Positions 40,232 to 52,183 of a stretch of DNA of 64,000 nucleotides are shown piece after piece (the first letter of the stretch is position 1; the number at the start of each line of letters is the position of its first letter). The notes below the pieces were generated by a model that made no database searches, was not told the DNA's origin, and saw only the letters and a list, made by a program, of their open reading frames with translations. The DNA is from Andalucia godoyi And28. Lineage: Eukaryota; Protista; Jakobida. The position numbers and the translations under genes were made by a program. The stretch lies in contig VRVR01000054.1 of the NCBI GenBank assembly GCA_009859145.1, positions 144,497 through 208,496 of the forward strand, read 5' to 3'.

Positions 40232-42102
40232 CAGGGCTGCATGAGGGAATTTGAGCATTGGTGAAATTCTCGAGTGCTTGAGACTGGATGAGTTGAGCCT
40301 AGAATATCGCTGGGCTTGGAGCCCCTGAACATCCGCAGTCCGCACCTTTAGTTATAGAAAACTTTAGACTCCACTGCAAAAAGCCAAAACCAAAAATCAC
40401 TGTCAAATGTCTAGCAAACACCCATCGCATTTCGCATTCAGAAACAAAGAACGCGAGAACCAACACTACGTCCGGATACCGGGTCTACGAAGATGCGATC
40501 ACCACGGACGTCTTTTCCTCTCATGGAATCCTAATCTTGGACTTTCCATGCTTCCCCAACCACCGAGAAAACGAAAGCACCCAACAACCCAGTGGCCACG
40601 TTGCGGGAAAACGGAATTTGGAACCGTCAGTTGTGCTTGCTGGTCGACGTTGGGTGGTGTATACTTGTGATATCGAGGTGATTCGATCGAGCTTCTTTAT
40701 GACTTCCCACTCTATCCAAATAACATGAAAATTCATGGAGCAAGCGGCGGGTCTACGTATCTTTTGATGAGGAGACTGTTTACTCACGGGATCCTACATC
40801 GGATTGTTTGCCGAAGAAAATCAGTTTCACTGTCTGGTCAAGATTGTTTCATTCCACCATCCAGGTGGTGCAGGATGGACTCCCACGGCCACAGAGATGA
40901 TCGGCTGTTTGGCGACGGCCTGTTGTTGTGTTTGTTCTGCAAGCATCCAGTCTTCACAGATGAATTGAACTGCACGTCGGAGAGGTTTCGTTCAGTAAAC
41001 GACAAATCACAAAATGTTCCATTGTCACTCTCATGAAATAACACGAAGAAGCATCATCATTGCATGCCAGGTCCGTTGGGCCGTGCTTGGCCGGGGGTGA
41101 ACCAGCAAGAACAAGAGAGCAACATGCAAGTATACCTGACGAAGCAGTGTCCCACAGTCCATGGTCGTGGGCTCGTCACTTTGATCAGCAGCATTCTTTG
41201 AGAACGCAGTTTGCAATCCCAATGGACATCACGTGAAGGTACACGTATTTTCCCGAGAGTGCCGAGGTCCATGAACAATAGTGCATCCACCTAATTCACC
41301 TTTACCATCTGCCTCCTCGCTTCTGTCCTATGCCCTACCGCACAAAAACGATCAATTCTTAAAGCCAAGGCATTTGACCCCCGATGCTCCTTCGGCTCGC
41401 CCTACACGATACAAGGACTCGAGAACTGAAGTCAAAGACTGCAGCACGAGTGCTTTTCAAATGCTTCAAATGATGGATTCGGAACGGTTGATGATGAATC
41501 AGAAGATGAGTTACAACGGCAGATTTTCTATGCGCTGGAAACTGGTCGTGAGACATCCAGAGTGCACATCCATCCACAGGCACACCAACCTGAAGGATGC
41601 TGAAGAAGGATGGGGACGAACCATTCGTTTTATCAGAAAGGGCTCGAGAAAATCAGCACATAACAAACAGCAAACTATCGAAACTGGAGAGGGGAATATT
41701 TGCGGATTCAATCGAACGCTGGGTCTCCATTGCGGCGGCTGCGAACATCACAGTCCTATACCTTGTTTTTATTTACTTATTTATTTATTTATCTATTTGC
41801 TCCGTAGTTTTTTCTGTGCTTGCGGCCTGCGGGTCTGCTGGGAATCTGGAAAACGTTGCCCGATTATTGTTCCCTCCCCTCCACTGGCAAGCGACTCATT
41901 TGTGAGAGTAATGGGTCATAGAGGACGCTGCATTTCTAGAAAGTTCGACTTTGCGTCATCTGAGCAGTCAAATCGTTGGTCACTTTCCTTCTTGTTTCCG
42001 TCAATGTGCAACGCGCTTCCTCCTCTGCATGATATATAAAATGATGAGCGCACCGGCGTGTGCTCTTCTGTTTTGGGTTTTCGATTTTCAAATCGCAACG
42101 AA

Positions 42103-43389
42103 ATGAAATCATTCTCTGCGTGTTCGTGCTTGCTGCTCCTAGTTTTCGGAGCAGCCTTTGCATGTGTTCCTACCGACCCCACGAGCACAGTACAAGTTAC
42201 ATCGACGTTGGTCGTGCCAGGGTTCAAGTTTGGAAATGCTGCTGTTCTCGACGAATACCACTCGTTGATGTTTGTCAGTGTGATTGAGCCTTCCCCTGGT
42301 ATTGCTCGAATCGATACTCGAGCAGACATGAGTGTGCAGGCCTTTGTTCCTTTTAATGCGCTTGCATACGGTCCTGCAGTTGCCCTTGGATATTCCGCAT
42401 CCAGAGACAGGATCTACGCAGTTGTCAGCGGCGGGACTGCCAGCTCGGTACTTCAAGCATTTTTCCTGCAAATCCATCCGCAGACCTTGCTTGTTGAAAA
42501 CGCTTTGCCACTAAACATTACTGATTTGGATAGTCCTGCTGACGTTGAAACTGCAGGCCGGGAAGTGCTCGGCCACGGTCCGATCTTGTTTGATGAGGTC
42601 AAGGCATGCCATTGCTCGGAGAACGCATTCTTTGTCTTTCAGTATCCTAACAGTCGTGCTCGCTATTTCCACAGCGTGTCTGTGGACCTCGGCAATTTCA
42701 CTGGCGGAACGATCCACACATATTTTCATTACTTTGGAATGTCGGATTGGATTTTCAACGTTGCCCGGATTCCTGGAGTGTTTGAAGCGTACATCACGGA
42801 AGGTTCTGCGTCACGTAACTTCCCGACAATCTACTCGACTGTTCAAAGAATCAATCTTCTCGACTACTCAACGGTTGCAACTGTGTTTTCAAACGCCAAC
42901 CGAACGGAAGAAATTCAAACTCGAGGATGCAACTTCCTGGATCCGTATCAAGGAATTGCAGATTTTGGCGGATTTGTCGTGGCCGTCTCCACGAACAACT
43001 GGATCTATCCTCCCCTGCCTGTAACGTCGACCTGTGCGCGCATGTCATGGAGCGCTCCCAACTGGGAGTCTGGATTGTTTGTTGACTACACACCGGGAGG
43101 ACAGTCGAACACCACTCGTTACGAAATCCACCACTTCACCTCGGAACTGCCTTCCGGAGGTAGACGAGGCGCTGGTGCTCTGCTCGCAGAAAGAAAGCCG
43201 CTGCTATTCGCATGGGCATCCGAAGAAACGCCTGCTGGGTACATTTACAAGGCGCTTCTTTCCAATGAGACTTTCTCCGACGATGGTTCGGGGGACGGCG
43301 AGGATCCAACCTCGTTTGCTCTTCCTGCAAATCTCGCTCATTCCCTGGCTCTGCTGATCGGTGCGGTAAGCGTTGTCCTTTTGCAATAA
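42103..43389 (+). CDS. Secreted, probably GPI-anchored surface protein of unknown family
   Basis: Signal peptide MKSFSACSCLLLLVFGAAFA, beta-rich body, S/G/D spacer, and a terminal hydrophobic tail (SLALLIGAVSVVLLQ) with no cytosolic tail. Confidence 0.75.
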   Translation: MKSFSACSCLLLLVFGAAFACVPTDPTSTVQVTSTLVVPGFKFGNAAVLDEYHSLMFVSVIEPSPGIARIDTRADMSVQAFVPFNALAYGPAVALGYSASRDRIYAVVSGGTASSVLQAFFLQIHPQTLLVENALPLNITDLDSPADVETAGREVLGHGPILFDEVKACHCSENAFFVFQYPNSRARYFHSVSVDLGNFTGGTIHTYFHYFGMSDWIFNVARIPGVFEAYITEGSASRNFPTIYSTVQRINLLDYSTVATVFSNANRTEEIQTRGCNFLDPYQGIADFGGFVVAVSTNNWIYPPLPVTSTCARMSWSAPNWESGLFVDYTPGGQSNTTRYEIHHFTSELPSGGRRGAGALLAERKPLLFAWASEETPAGYIYKALLSNETFSDDGSGDGEDPTSFALPANLAHSLALLIGAVSVVLLQ

Positions 43390-43811
43390 CGATGAAAAGC
43401 TGTCGTTCATGGTGCGCTTCGCTTGCTTGCTGCCCGTTTTTAAAAGATGTTTCAGCTGGAATAAAAACGTTACAAACAGATTTCTTTTCGGACGCTATTT
43501 TTGGTATTCCAGCGTGAATGCTATGGATGTTGTTGTACCCAGTGGCATTGCGAATGACAGCGCGGATCCAGACTCTGTGCAGCACCGCGAGCGCAACTTG
43601 GATTAACACTTAGTAGTAGACCAGGTATCCTGCTGCAGATATCGTCGCCACGGACTGCTGTGTCCTGCGCAACGGCATGAAACTGAAAATATCCTCAGAC
43701 GTGCTGCATGAGCTGCAAAGGGATTCTCTTCTTTGTGGCACGTCTCCCATAAACTTAACCTGTTCGTTGTTTTTGGTTTCTTGATACCGTTGTGCGACCG
43801 ACTCTGCTGTT

Positions 43812-43813
<2 letters not shown>

Positions 43814-43890
<77 letters not shown>
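43814..43890. repeat. (AG)n microsatellite
   Basis: About 38 dinucleotide units between convergent genes. Confidence 0.95.
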
Positions 43891-43894
<4 letters not shown>

Positions 43895-43950
43895 CAAGGT
43901 TAACGCGGCAACCATTTTATGTACCGCGTCCATTTCAAAAACACCGATTT

Positions 43951-44439
43951 CTAAAGCAATAATGCAGATCCGAGGGTGAAAATGCCGAGAAGCGCAGAAA
44001 TGACTGTTTCCGCAGACGAGGAGGAGGAGGAACATGCAGAGGGAATATAGGCCAGCAAGACGGATGTCGACTGCAGATCCAGCCCCGTACTCTTGTACGT
44101 GGAATTCGTGCAGACAGTATCTCCGAAGGTTACATATGCTGTGTATCCCACGACTCCGTTGAGCGTTGCGTTCGAAGAGCAAACATGGTTGGTAACGCTT
44201 CCGATGACCTGTGTCGAACAAGAAGGCGCCGTCGTCACCAAGAGCGTGTTGGAAGTCCAATTCACGGTGGAGCCGCTGACAGAAAACGACAGAAGCGAGG
44301 ACGCACCATTCATGCTCACACATCGCAAACCTTCAAAAGAAAGTGCAATTCCGGTTGTCATCGAGGGACATCCTGCATATGCGCTCGGCAGCAAGACAAA
44401 AGCGATCACCGCTGCTGCAAACACAAGCAACAAACGCAT
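43951..44439 (-). CDS. Small Cys/Ser/Thr-rich, probably GPI-anchored protein
   Basis: Signal peptide MRLLLVFAAAVIAFVLLPSAYA, six Cys, poly-Ser, then C-terminal VISALLGIFTLGSALLL. Confidence 0.75.
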   Translation of the reverse strand: MRLLLVFAAAVIAFVLLPSAYAGCPSMTTGIALSFEGLRCVSMNGASSLLSFSVSGSTVNWTSNTLLVTTAPSCSTQVIGSVTNHVCSSNATLNGVVGYTAYVTFGDTVCTNSTYKSTGLDLQSTSVLLAYIPSACSSSSSSAETVISALLGIFTLGSALLL

Positions 44440-45752
44440 GGACGACAGTGGAACTTTTTGAGAATGCGGTTTTGAATAGTACTGAGGAGAACTGAAGGAG
44501 AACTGAGGTTGGTCGTCCAGCTTTTTTGAGAGGAGGAAAAAATATGGCGCATCAACAAGGCAGGCAAGCGCCAGCGGACGGTGCATCATGATTCGGTTGG
44601 ATCCGGATCAAGCTCTGCTTCATGATGGACAGGGCGGGGACAGCGAAGCTTTTCATTTGCGCACACTGGGCCCTTTGTAAGTATCCGTTCAGACATGCTT
44701 CTTCCCTATTGTTCCAAGCGGAGACAAGAAAAAATAGGTCCGAGATTGAGAATACGACGCGGTTCTCCACGTTCTCGTAAAACTGCGTGCGTTGCTGGGC
44801 CAGTTCGCTCACATCGTATCCTTTGCTCGTACGAGCAAATCGCTCGATCTCAAAGCTGCAATTTGCAGATTTTTTCCCTGTTTTTAATAATTAATTGAGT
44901 AGTCCGAAAATGAAGAAGAAATATAAAACCAAAGAGAGTCTTTATTCTAACATTATACGAAAACGAGAATTCGCCAGCCATACGGAAGACCGTGGTGGTG
45001 ATTGGTGCTTGTCCAGGAGTTCCATGATCCTCACCCCTTTTTTGAGTAATATAGCATCGTGAAAGGCCGCGGCGATCCTTTCTGCACGGATGGCCTTGAG
45101 CTGGATGTTGCGAATGACCCCACCCCTGACACAAAATGAGTTCCACCATTCCAGATTTCCCGCAATCTTTTTGACACAAAAAGCTGGCACTTTGTAAGTC
45201 ACCACTGACCAAACGGCCAGTGCACACGCAACTAGACTGTGTTGGAAGCGTTATGCAGCAAGAAATGCATCGGTCTTTTATGAGACATGCGGATTGGGCA
45301 GAAGGACACCTCGGTGTCTTCGTCTCTGTAAACGCAGTCAGCTTGCATTTCAAACAGAACGACGTTCTCCATGAATTTGTTCCAAGAGGTGGCAAGGGTG
45401 ATCGTGTATATTTCAAACGAAACACAGCTTACGTTCTTCTTGTTTGAAAGAACGGAAAGCCACAGTGCTGGTTGTATGACGTCTTCCTGTCTCTGCGGCT
45501 CAGCTCCTTTTGGCGACACTCATGCACGATGGCCTTTCTCCGAGTTTCCTGTCTTGTTTTTTCAAACAAGCAAAATAAATTAATAAATAAAACAAATAAA
45601 TTTTAAAAAGTGTCATAGCACCAGCGCGAGGATTCCACGGGGGGCGACAATTTTATTTTTCATGCTAGCAAAATTTCCGCGGAGCTGCATGCAGCGAATG
45701 CAAGTCGCGTGAAAAGGTCTGCGTTTTCCTCACCCCCATGTTTTGACATCTC

Positions 45753-46357
45753 ATGCATCTGTCGGCGCCCCTTTCTGGTCTCCCATGTTTGCTTTCTAAT
45801 TATCGAATGACTTCAAGGAAGTTCCTAGAGTCCGTCTTCCATGCCAAGCTGCCCATCTACAAAATCTTGATGGGAACGTTGCTGGCTGTATGGGTACCTC
45901 AGTCATGTCCCGAAAACAACGGAGGCACTTGTGAGATAGACCAGCAGTTCACGGATCCGACTCCCTACAATGTTCTTGCACTGGTGTTTGATGTTGTTGC
46001 ACTGGCTTTTGTAATCATTTTTCGATCTCTCTTGTTGTTGTGGGAACGGTTCCTGGTATCACACTTTGATCAGGATGCGTCCAAACCTGACAATTTCTTC
46101 CAGGAAGTGCTGATAATATGTACAGATTGGAGAAACGGAGGCCGGTGGCTCCAAACCAACAGTCACCGATGATCTTCACCTTGAATACACGCTACTCGAG
46201 AGGCAGAAATGCAGGCACAGTATTCTTAGCGGAAGCAAAACACGAAAGCAAGTCGGCGCTCCAGGAATACTTGGAGTTTCTTGAAGAGTGTCCTCGCGAA
46301 GACAATAACTGGGACGCATGGGCGATGCATGATGTTGATGATGAGGAAAGATTCTGA
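45753..46357 (+). pseudogene. Truncated/frameshifted membrane protein of unknown family
   Basis: Protein-like segment YKILMGTLLAVWVPQSC...TC...YNVLALVFDVVALAF...WERFLVSHFDQDASKPDN. The frame ends at 46172, with a protein-like continuation in another frame. Confidence 0.45.
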
Positions 46358-47119
46358 TGCGAAGGAGACGGCCGATGGTGATCTCTTTGATTGCTTCTAT
46401 GACATGATTTCCGATTTTTCCAGTCGAAATGTGGAGCAATCTCGTTCACACATGATAGACACAGAACCAGCAGCTGCAGATCGAAAAACGTTTCAGTAGT
46501 ACAAACATCCCAAAAGGGATAATTCGGCAATGCTCGGGGCCGTCATGTAGGCAACAGAGACTGATGCCGGACGGTGTATATTCCGCAAGTCTTCATTCAG
46601 CGAACATCTTGTGTAGACACACTGCCGACCAGTCCGGAAGCATCGGTTTCAAACAGGTCCATGTCGATCACTTTTCTTGCGGAGTTGCCGACGCGCCATG
46701 CATGAAGTGCCCTGGATACATTCCAGAGATATTTCGTCGTTTTGTTTGTTTGTTTGTTTGTTTGTTTGTTTGTTTGTTTGCTGTTTAAGCTTCTGTGTCC
46801 TTTTGTTTTGTTTTACTTTTATTAATAACATACTTGGGTGATTTTTAAATTGTTGTATTTATTACACAGGCTTTGAATTGGAAGAAGCAGATGAGCAGAT
46901 CATTCGGTTCTGCAAGTCTGGCTCACTGGGAGTCACACCTGCAACAGGCAAGAAAACCTGCTCTTGGGATTACCTACCTATGGAACCACAACAAGACCAG
47001 AAATGCTCACCTGACGTAATTCACCAATATGGGTCCCAGCCCTGAACAAAACAATCCAGAAAAGTCCAACTGCAACTTTCTTTCCGATTGTCACACCTTT
47101 CAAAGCCACACAACTTAGA

Positions 47120-49987
47120 ATGTCTGGCACTGTTCCCAAACGGCGTCGCGGATTCACTGTCAAAGTGAATTCGATCGCGTCTCCTGCAACAACTAATGCC
47201 TCCAGGACACATTTTGGAGTGTCGTCGGAAAAAGCAGTTGCTCCGGTGGAGGAATTGATTGCATTTCATGCCGACATTGTCTGCAGAATGAAGGACAAAG
47301 GCGTCCCCGCAGAATGGATGAGCAAGCTGATTTCGCAGTGCGATCCTGTCCTGGAAAAGACATGCTCTACTCTTGAAGTGTCCTGGGAGCTTTCCGCAGG
47401 AAATGCATTTCAGCACCTAGTCTTGCTGGCAGAAGCCAAAGAACGGATATTTGTGGCCATGTACTCCATTTATGGAGAACTGAAGAATGATCCCATGATC
47501 AAAGACATGGTGAGCGTCATCGACATCATGTTCCGGGAGATCAATACTCTTGGTAATGTCGAGCGAACGCGGAGCTCCTCGGTGCATCGTCTGCCAACGA
47601 CAATCGCCACTGGCTCCAGTTCGCAGGTTGAGCACACGGACACTGCGTCTCCCAATGCACTTCCTTTGCTAACAGTGTCGCGAGAATATGGAAGTGTTCC
47701 GGCTCGTACGGAAATCGTGAACATCCGGCAACATTCGCTTGCCGAGGTACAGGATGAGAATGCTCGCAACTCGCAGTACATGGTTTCCGGAATGTCTCAT
47801 CAAGAGTCCAGCATGATTGTGTCATCTGCCGCTCTCGAGTTTCTGCGGCAGCGAAAGCTGTCCAAGTACTGGTCGATGACCACGTTGTCCAGCATGTTTC
47901 CACTGATCTCGTGGCTGCCGAAATACAATTGGCGAAAGGACTTGACTGCGGACTGCCTGGCTGGATTAACGGTAGGTTGCATGCTTGTGCCGCAGTCCAT
48001 GGCATATGCCCTCATCGCCGGTCTTCCTGTTATCAGTGGTTTGTATACTGGTCTTTTCCCAATCCTTGCATACTTTCCTTTTGGAACATCAAGGCATCTG
48101 TGCGTCGGCCCGATTCCACTCTCGTCATTGGTTGTCAGCGCCACCATTTCTGCGATCGGTTATGATTCCATGACCGAAGCAGCTGCGATGGGCTCCATGC
48201 TTGCGATATTCGCAGGCGCGATCCATTTTCTTCTCGGTGTAGCGAGAATGGGATTCGTCGTCAACTTCCTGTCTCGTCCGGTCATGTCCGGGTTCACCTC
48301 CGCTGGATGCATATTAATCATGCTCTCTCAAGTGAAGTACGTTCTTGGCATCACTGTCACGCAGCACCCAGAAGCATGGTACACGTTCTACGAAATCTGC
48401 CGGAATCTGCCGAACTCTAACTGGGTGACCTTGCTCTTTGCTTTCGCTTGCGTGATTGTCCTTGCATTCGGAAAGATAAAGACGCCCACATTCCCCATGC
48501 CGCTGTTGCTTGTTGTAGTAGGCGTGCTCGTGTCCTGGGGTTTCAACTTCGAGGGTGACCACAAAGTGAAAGTAGTCGGAGACATTCCAAGCGGTGTCCC
48601 TTCACCAAGGATCCCTGATTACCCGGCCGACAAAATGCTCACACTGTTTCTCGCGTCGTTTGTCGTAACGATCGTGGATTTCATGGAATCCTACTCAATT
48701 GCCAAAATGTGCGCGAATCGCACGAACTACAGCATTAACGGATCGCAAGAGCTGATTGGCATTGGAGCATCGGGATTAATTTCAGGGTTTTTTGGAGGCT
48801 ACGTCAGTGGCGGTGCGATGTCCCGAACCATCGTGAACTTCAACGCCGGTGGAAGAACGCTTGTCGGATCCCTAGTGACATTCGTAACGATGCTGATCTT
48901 CCTCGAAGCCCTCACTGCGCTCATCTACTATCTTCCTCTCGCTTGTCTCGGTGCCATCATCTTGGTAGCCCTGCCATCGCTTCTGGACTACCGCGAAGCA
49001 ATCTTCTGCTGGAAGAATAATCGTTCGGACTTTTGGAACCTAGCGGTTGCATTCTTTCTGACCCTTGTGGTTGGCATCGAAGTCGGCGTGTTCACTGCAA
49101 TTGCGCTGTCTCTGGTTCTCGTCATCAACCGCGCGTCGAAGCCACATGTGGCAGTCCTTGGGCGACTTCCCGGAACGCTGATCTACAGAAATGTGCACCG
49201 ATTTCCAGAAGCCTTGACATATCCCGGGGTTCTTGTTGTCCGATTGGATGCAAATATGTTCTTTGCAAATTCGGCATTCTTCGAAGACACTCTCGTTGGA
49301 ATGATCGATCTGTCCAAAGAACTTGCAGCCACTTCCGAGTATGAACGGCGACGCCGATCGGATGCCTATCTCAATAACCGTGTCTTTGACGAGTATCGCG
49401 TTGTTGTCCTTGAATGCTCTCCGGTGAACGAGGTCGACTCCACGGCTCTTCACGTCCTGGAGACCATCCTTGACAAGTTGAAACAGCGAAACGTCGTCAT
49501 GCTTCTGGCATGCGTCAAGGATGCGGTGTATGACAATCTTGAAAGGTCGAAGCTCATGCAACGGCTTCCCGAGGGCCAGGCGAGCGTCTTCCTCCATGTC
49601 CACTCCGCTGTTATCCGCGCCTGCCAGATTGTGGAGCAGAATAGCGCCGATGCACTGCTTGACAAATCCCTCGTCTCTGCCGAGAATGCAGGGGCGTCAC
49701 AGCTGGAAACCGCTGTGGTGAACGTGAACAATGAGCGTTTCGAGACGTCTTCCCCGTCCAGTCTTGCATCTCCAGGGACTGCCCGCTTTTCGAATACGCT
49801 CGCGGAGGAAGGCAGCTCGGTTTGTAATCGTGCAGAAGTGGATGCCGGTGACAGCCATGAAAACAGTCACGCCGATGCTCACGGTGTGAGCGTGGGTGTG
49901 GATGTCGAGGATATTTGTGCAAAGGTATCAGAAGATGTCAAACCAGAGGACAAGGGTGCATCTGAAGAAGATGATCAACGTGAATGA
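47120..49987 (+). CDS. SLC26/SulP anion (sulfate) transporter with STAS domain
   Basis: DCLAGLTVGCMLVPQSMAYALIAGLP..GLY, FGTSRHLCVGP, GFTSA, QELIGIG, MSRT; STAS (VVRLDANMFFANS, VDSTAL). Confidence 0.96.
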   Translation: MSGTVPKRRRGFTVKVNSIASPATTNASRTHFGVSSEKAVAPVEELIAFHADIVCRMKDKGVPAEWMSKLISQCDPVLEKTCSTLEVSWELSAGNAFQHLVLLAEAKERIFVAMYSIYGELKNDPMIKDMVSVIDIMFREINTLGNVERTRSSSVHRLPTTIATGSSSQVEHTDTASPNALPLLTVSREYGSVPARTEIVNIRQHSLAEVQDENARNSQYMVSGMSHQESSMIVSSAALEFLRQRKLSKYWSMTTLSSMFPLISWLPKYNWRKDLTADCLAGLTVGCMLVPQSMAYALIAGLPVISGLYTGLFPILAYFPFGTSRHLCVGPIPLSSLVVSATISAIGYDSMTEAAAMGSMLAIFAGAIHFLLGVARMGFVVNFLSRPVMSGFTSAGCILIMLSQVKYVLGITVTQHPEAWYTFYEICRNLPNSNWVTLLFAFACVIVLAFGKIKTPTFPMPLLLVVVGVLVSWGFNFEGDHKVKVVGDIPSGVPSPRIPDYPADKMLTLFLASFVVTIVDFMESYSIAKMCANRTNYSINGSQELIGIGASGLISGFFGGYVSGGAMSRTIVNFNAGGRTLVGSLVTFVTMLIFLEALTALIYYLPLACLGAIILVALPSLLDYREAIFCWKNNRSDFWNLAVAFFLTLVVGIEVGVFTAIALSLVLVINRASKPHVAVLGRLPGTLIYRNVHRFPEALTYPGVLVVRLDANMFFANSAFFEDTLVGMIDLSKELAATSEYERRRRSDAYLNNRVFDEYRVVVLECSPVNEVDSTALHVLETILDKLKQRNVVMLLACVKDAVYDNLERSKLMQRLPEGQASVFLHVHSAVIRACQIVEQNSADALLDKSLVSAENAGASQLETAVVNVNNERFETSSPSSLASPGTARFSNTLAEEGSSVCNRAEVDAGDSHENSHADAHGVSVGVDVEDICAKVSEDVKPEDKGASEEDDQRE

Positions 49988-50090
49988 CGGGATTCGAAAT
50001 ACGTGCACCTCATTTTTGCAAAAATGGTTGATTACATTTAAAATGTCGTTTTCGGATTCTCCACGACGGTAAATAGATGCAAAGTGAGAC

Positions 50091-50138
50091 AAAAGAAGAA
50101 GGAAATAAAAGAAGAAGGAAATAAAAGAAGAAGGAAAT
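50091..50138. repeat. Three perfect copies of a 16-bp unit AAAAGAAGAAGGAAAT
   Basis: Direct tandem repeat downstream of the SLC26 stop. Confidence 0.9.
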
Positions 50139-50555
50139 GAAAGAATGGAAACACAACTCACAGAGAGTGGATGTCCGCTTTTCGGTCGTGACTTGCATCC
50201 GTCCTGGGTTCTGTTTCTGGAGACGAAAAGGGCAAGCACCGACGTTGGGTTCGGATTTGGAAATTTGCATCACGTGATGCTTCGGGGTCGGAAAGCATTT
50301 TTGAATGAAAGAACTTGATTTTTCGTCAGAGCAGACACGGCCATTCTCTCTTCGTTTGGATCTACAACCAACAAATGCACCTGGATGGACCGGAGCCAAT
50401 CGCTTGCGATCGTTTGGTGAAGGACTCCAAACTCCCCTGCCGTGCTCTGGACGCTGATCCGAGGAAGTGGGTGGTGGTGAAATTGGGTGCGCGTGCACAA
50501 CGGGGCGGTGGACATTTTCTTGCGACAAGCAGTAGCACTCCTTGTTTATCATATT

Positions 50556-51119
50556 CTAGCTTGTACAATGGTTCGGGCCTCGCGCTGCGCTTCGCATGTT
50601 GATGCGTGCACACCACGACATGCTTCTTGTTCCTGCATCGCAACCCAATAGCCTGCAGTGGAATGTACTCTCATTGACTTCCGGTAAAGGAGAGCTGGAG
50701 ATCTGAAGGAACTGGTCCTCCGGTTCTACACCTGAAATATCACAACGGGGTTCTCCCAGTTGTCCGGGGAGGTCCTGGTGGTACGTCGTGTTTGAATTTT
50801 CTTCAAGCACATATTCATTTCCGATCGTTGCGATATTTTCTTCCTTCGTAGAACAGCTATTGTCCCCGAGAACAAACTCCTGCAGATCCGTGATGTCGTC
50901 GGTGCCTCCGGATTCGGAACGCAGATTGACAAATTCCGGCAGCTGCCTCTGCTGTGACAGTCGTTTTGAGGCAGCTGTCCCTACCGAGGGACTCTGCGCA
51001 GAATCGACTGCATTTCGGCGTCCTTTTGCCGAGTACCACACCTGCAGCTGCTCGGAGTTGTTGTTCAAAATCGGTTGATCATCTTGACGGAAGCACGACA
51101 TTCGACAACTGTTTCCCAT
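50556..51119 (-). pseudogene. Possible disrupted gene starting MGNSCRMSC (acylation-like N-terminus)
   Basis: 187-codon frame with Gly2/Cys N-terminus and protein-like composition. Fragments continue in other frames toward 50250. No domain recognised. Confidence 0.3.
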
Positions 51120-52183
51120 TTTCTTCTTTGTTCGATCGAAGCCGTTTCTTTCTGTCAACTGTCAGACAACTGGAGTGTAAATAAAGAAGAAAGAAGAAGA
51201 AAGCGTGGCAGGAGCGAAACATCGTTTTCTTCCATTCAACGAGCGAAGAGTAAAAAAACGTACACTTTCCAAAGGAGAGCAGCAACCAGTGATACAGGGC
51301 GGCGGCACATGTGTTACAGTGCGATCTTGTGGTTTCACGACAGGCGCTTCCACCCAAAACAAATCGTATGGGAAGTTTCACTGGCGTCTGAGCAACAGAC
51401 AATGTCTCATCACGGCACGTCTTCCTTAATGGACGCCTCAGCAGACATCGGAGTCTCGCCTGCCTCCATAAATATAGGTCATCCCCGATCCATGTCAATC
51501 AAAAACACGGGTTTTTCGTGGAAGGTGCAGGAGGACGAGAAATCTGCACGACTTCGCAAGTTGAAGACGGTCTGTACGTGCGAACATTGGGGCCGATGCA
51601 CGCTGCCTCCAGTACCAAGCTGCTCGCAGCTCGCAGCGCACCGACGCCTCGGTGCCGTGCCATTCTCGGAGGGTGTCGCCAAGTCGACCAACCTACACGC
51701 AGATGAGGTGGTGCAGAATCTTTTGTGGTCTCCGCGGTCTTTGGCAACATGGACTTTTGAGGCAGTCGGCTTTCCAAAGCCCTGTCAGTTCTGCTCTGAT
51801 GCAGTTATTCCGATGCCACCTTTGAGGCCTCAGCCGCGAGCCATTCCATTTCTTGTATCGGCAGAATAGCTTAGACTGAAAGCAGTGTAGGAATCCGAAC
51901 GATTCGTTTTCTGGGTCCCGTCGTTCGGTGCTCTTTCCGAGATTTGCTGTGCGGGCTGCGGTGATGGGCTGTAACTGATACTGCAAACACGTTTTCATTG
52001 AGGGTTGCTAATCGATGCTCGTGGAGTTTTCACCACAAGAGACTCTGTTGAGTAAATTCCATGCACAATACTCGAACGGCCAGTAAAGAGCATCAACGAT
52101 GTAGCAATGCAATTGAAGTGTGGATTTGACCGACTGCTTTGGTTTTCGTTTACGCTTTCGCATGTTTTCCAGAATGTCTTCAT

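Noticed and set aside
40400-42050. ORFs including 41281-42039 (252 aa)
   Set aside because: No recognisable domain and no consistent frame; possibly decayed coding or noncoding sequence.
44850-45520. Overlapping minus-strand ORF fragments with protein-like stretches
   Set aside because: Could not assign a family or a coherent reading path.
51075-51869. 264-aa plus-strand ORF with a faint trypsin-like IGHP motif
   Set aside because: No catalytic Ser motif was found; the similarity is too weak.
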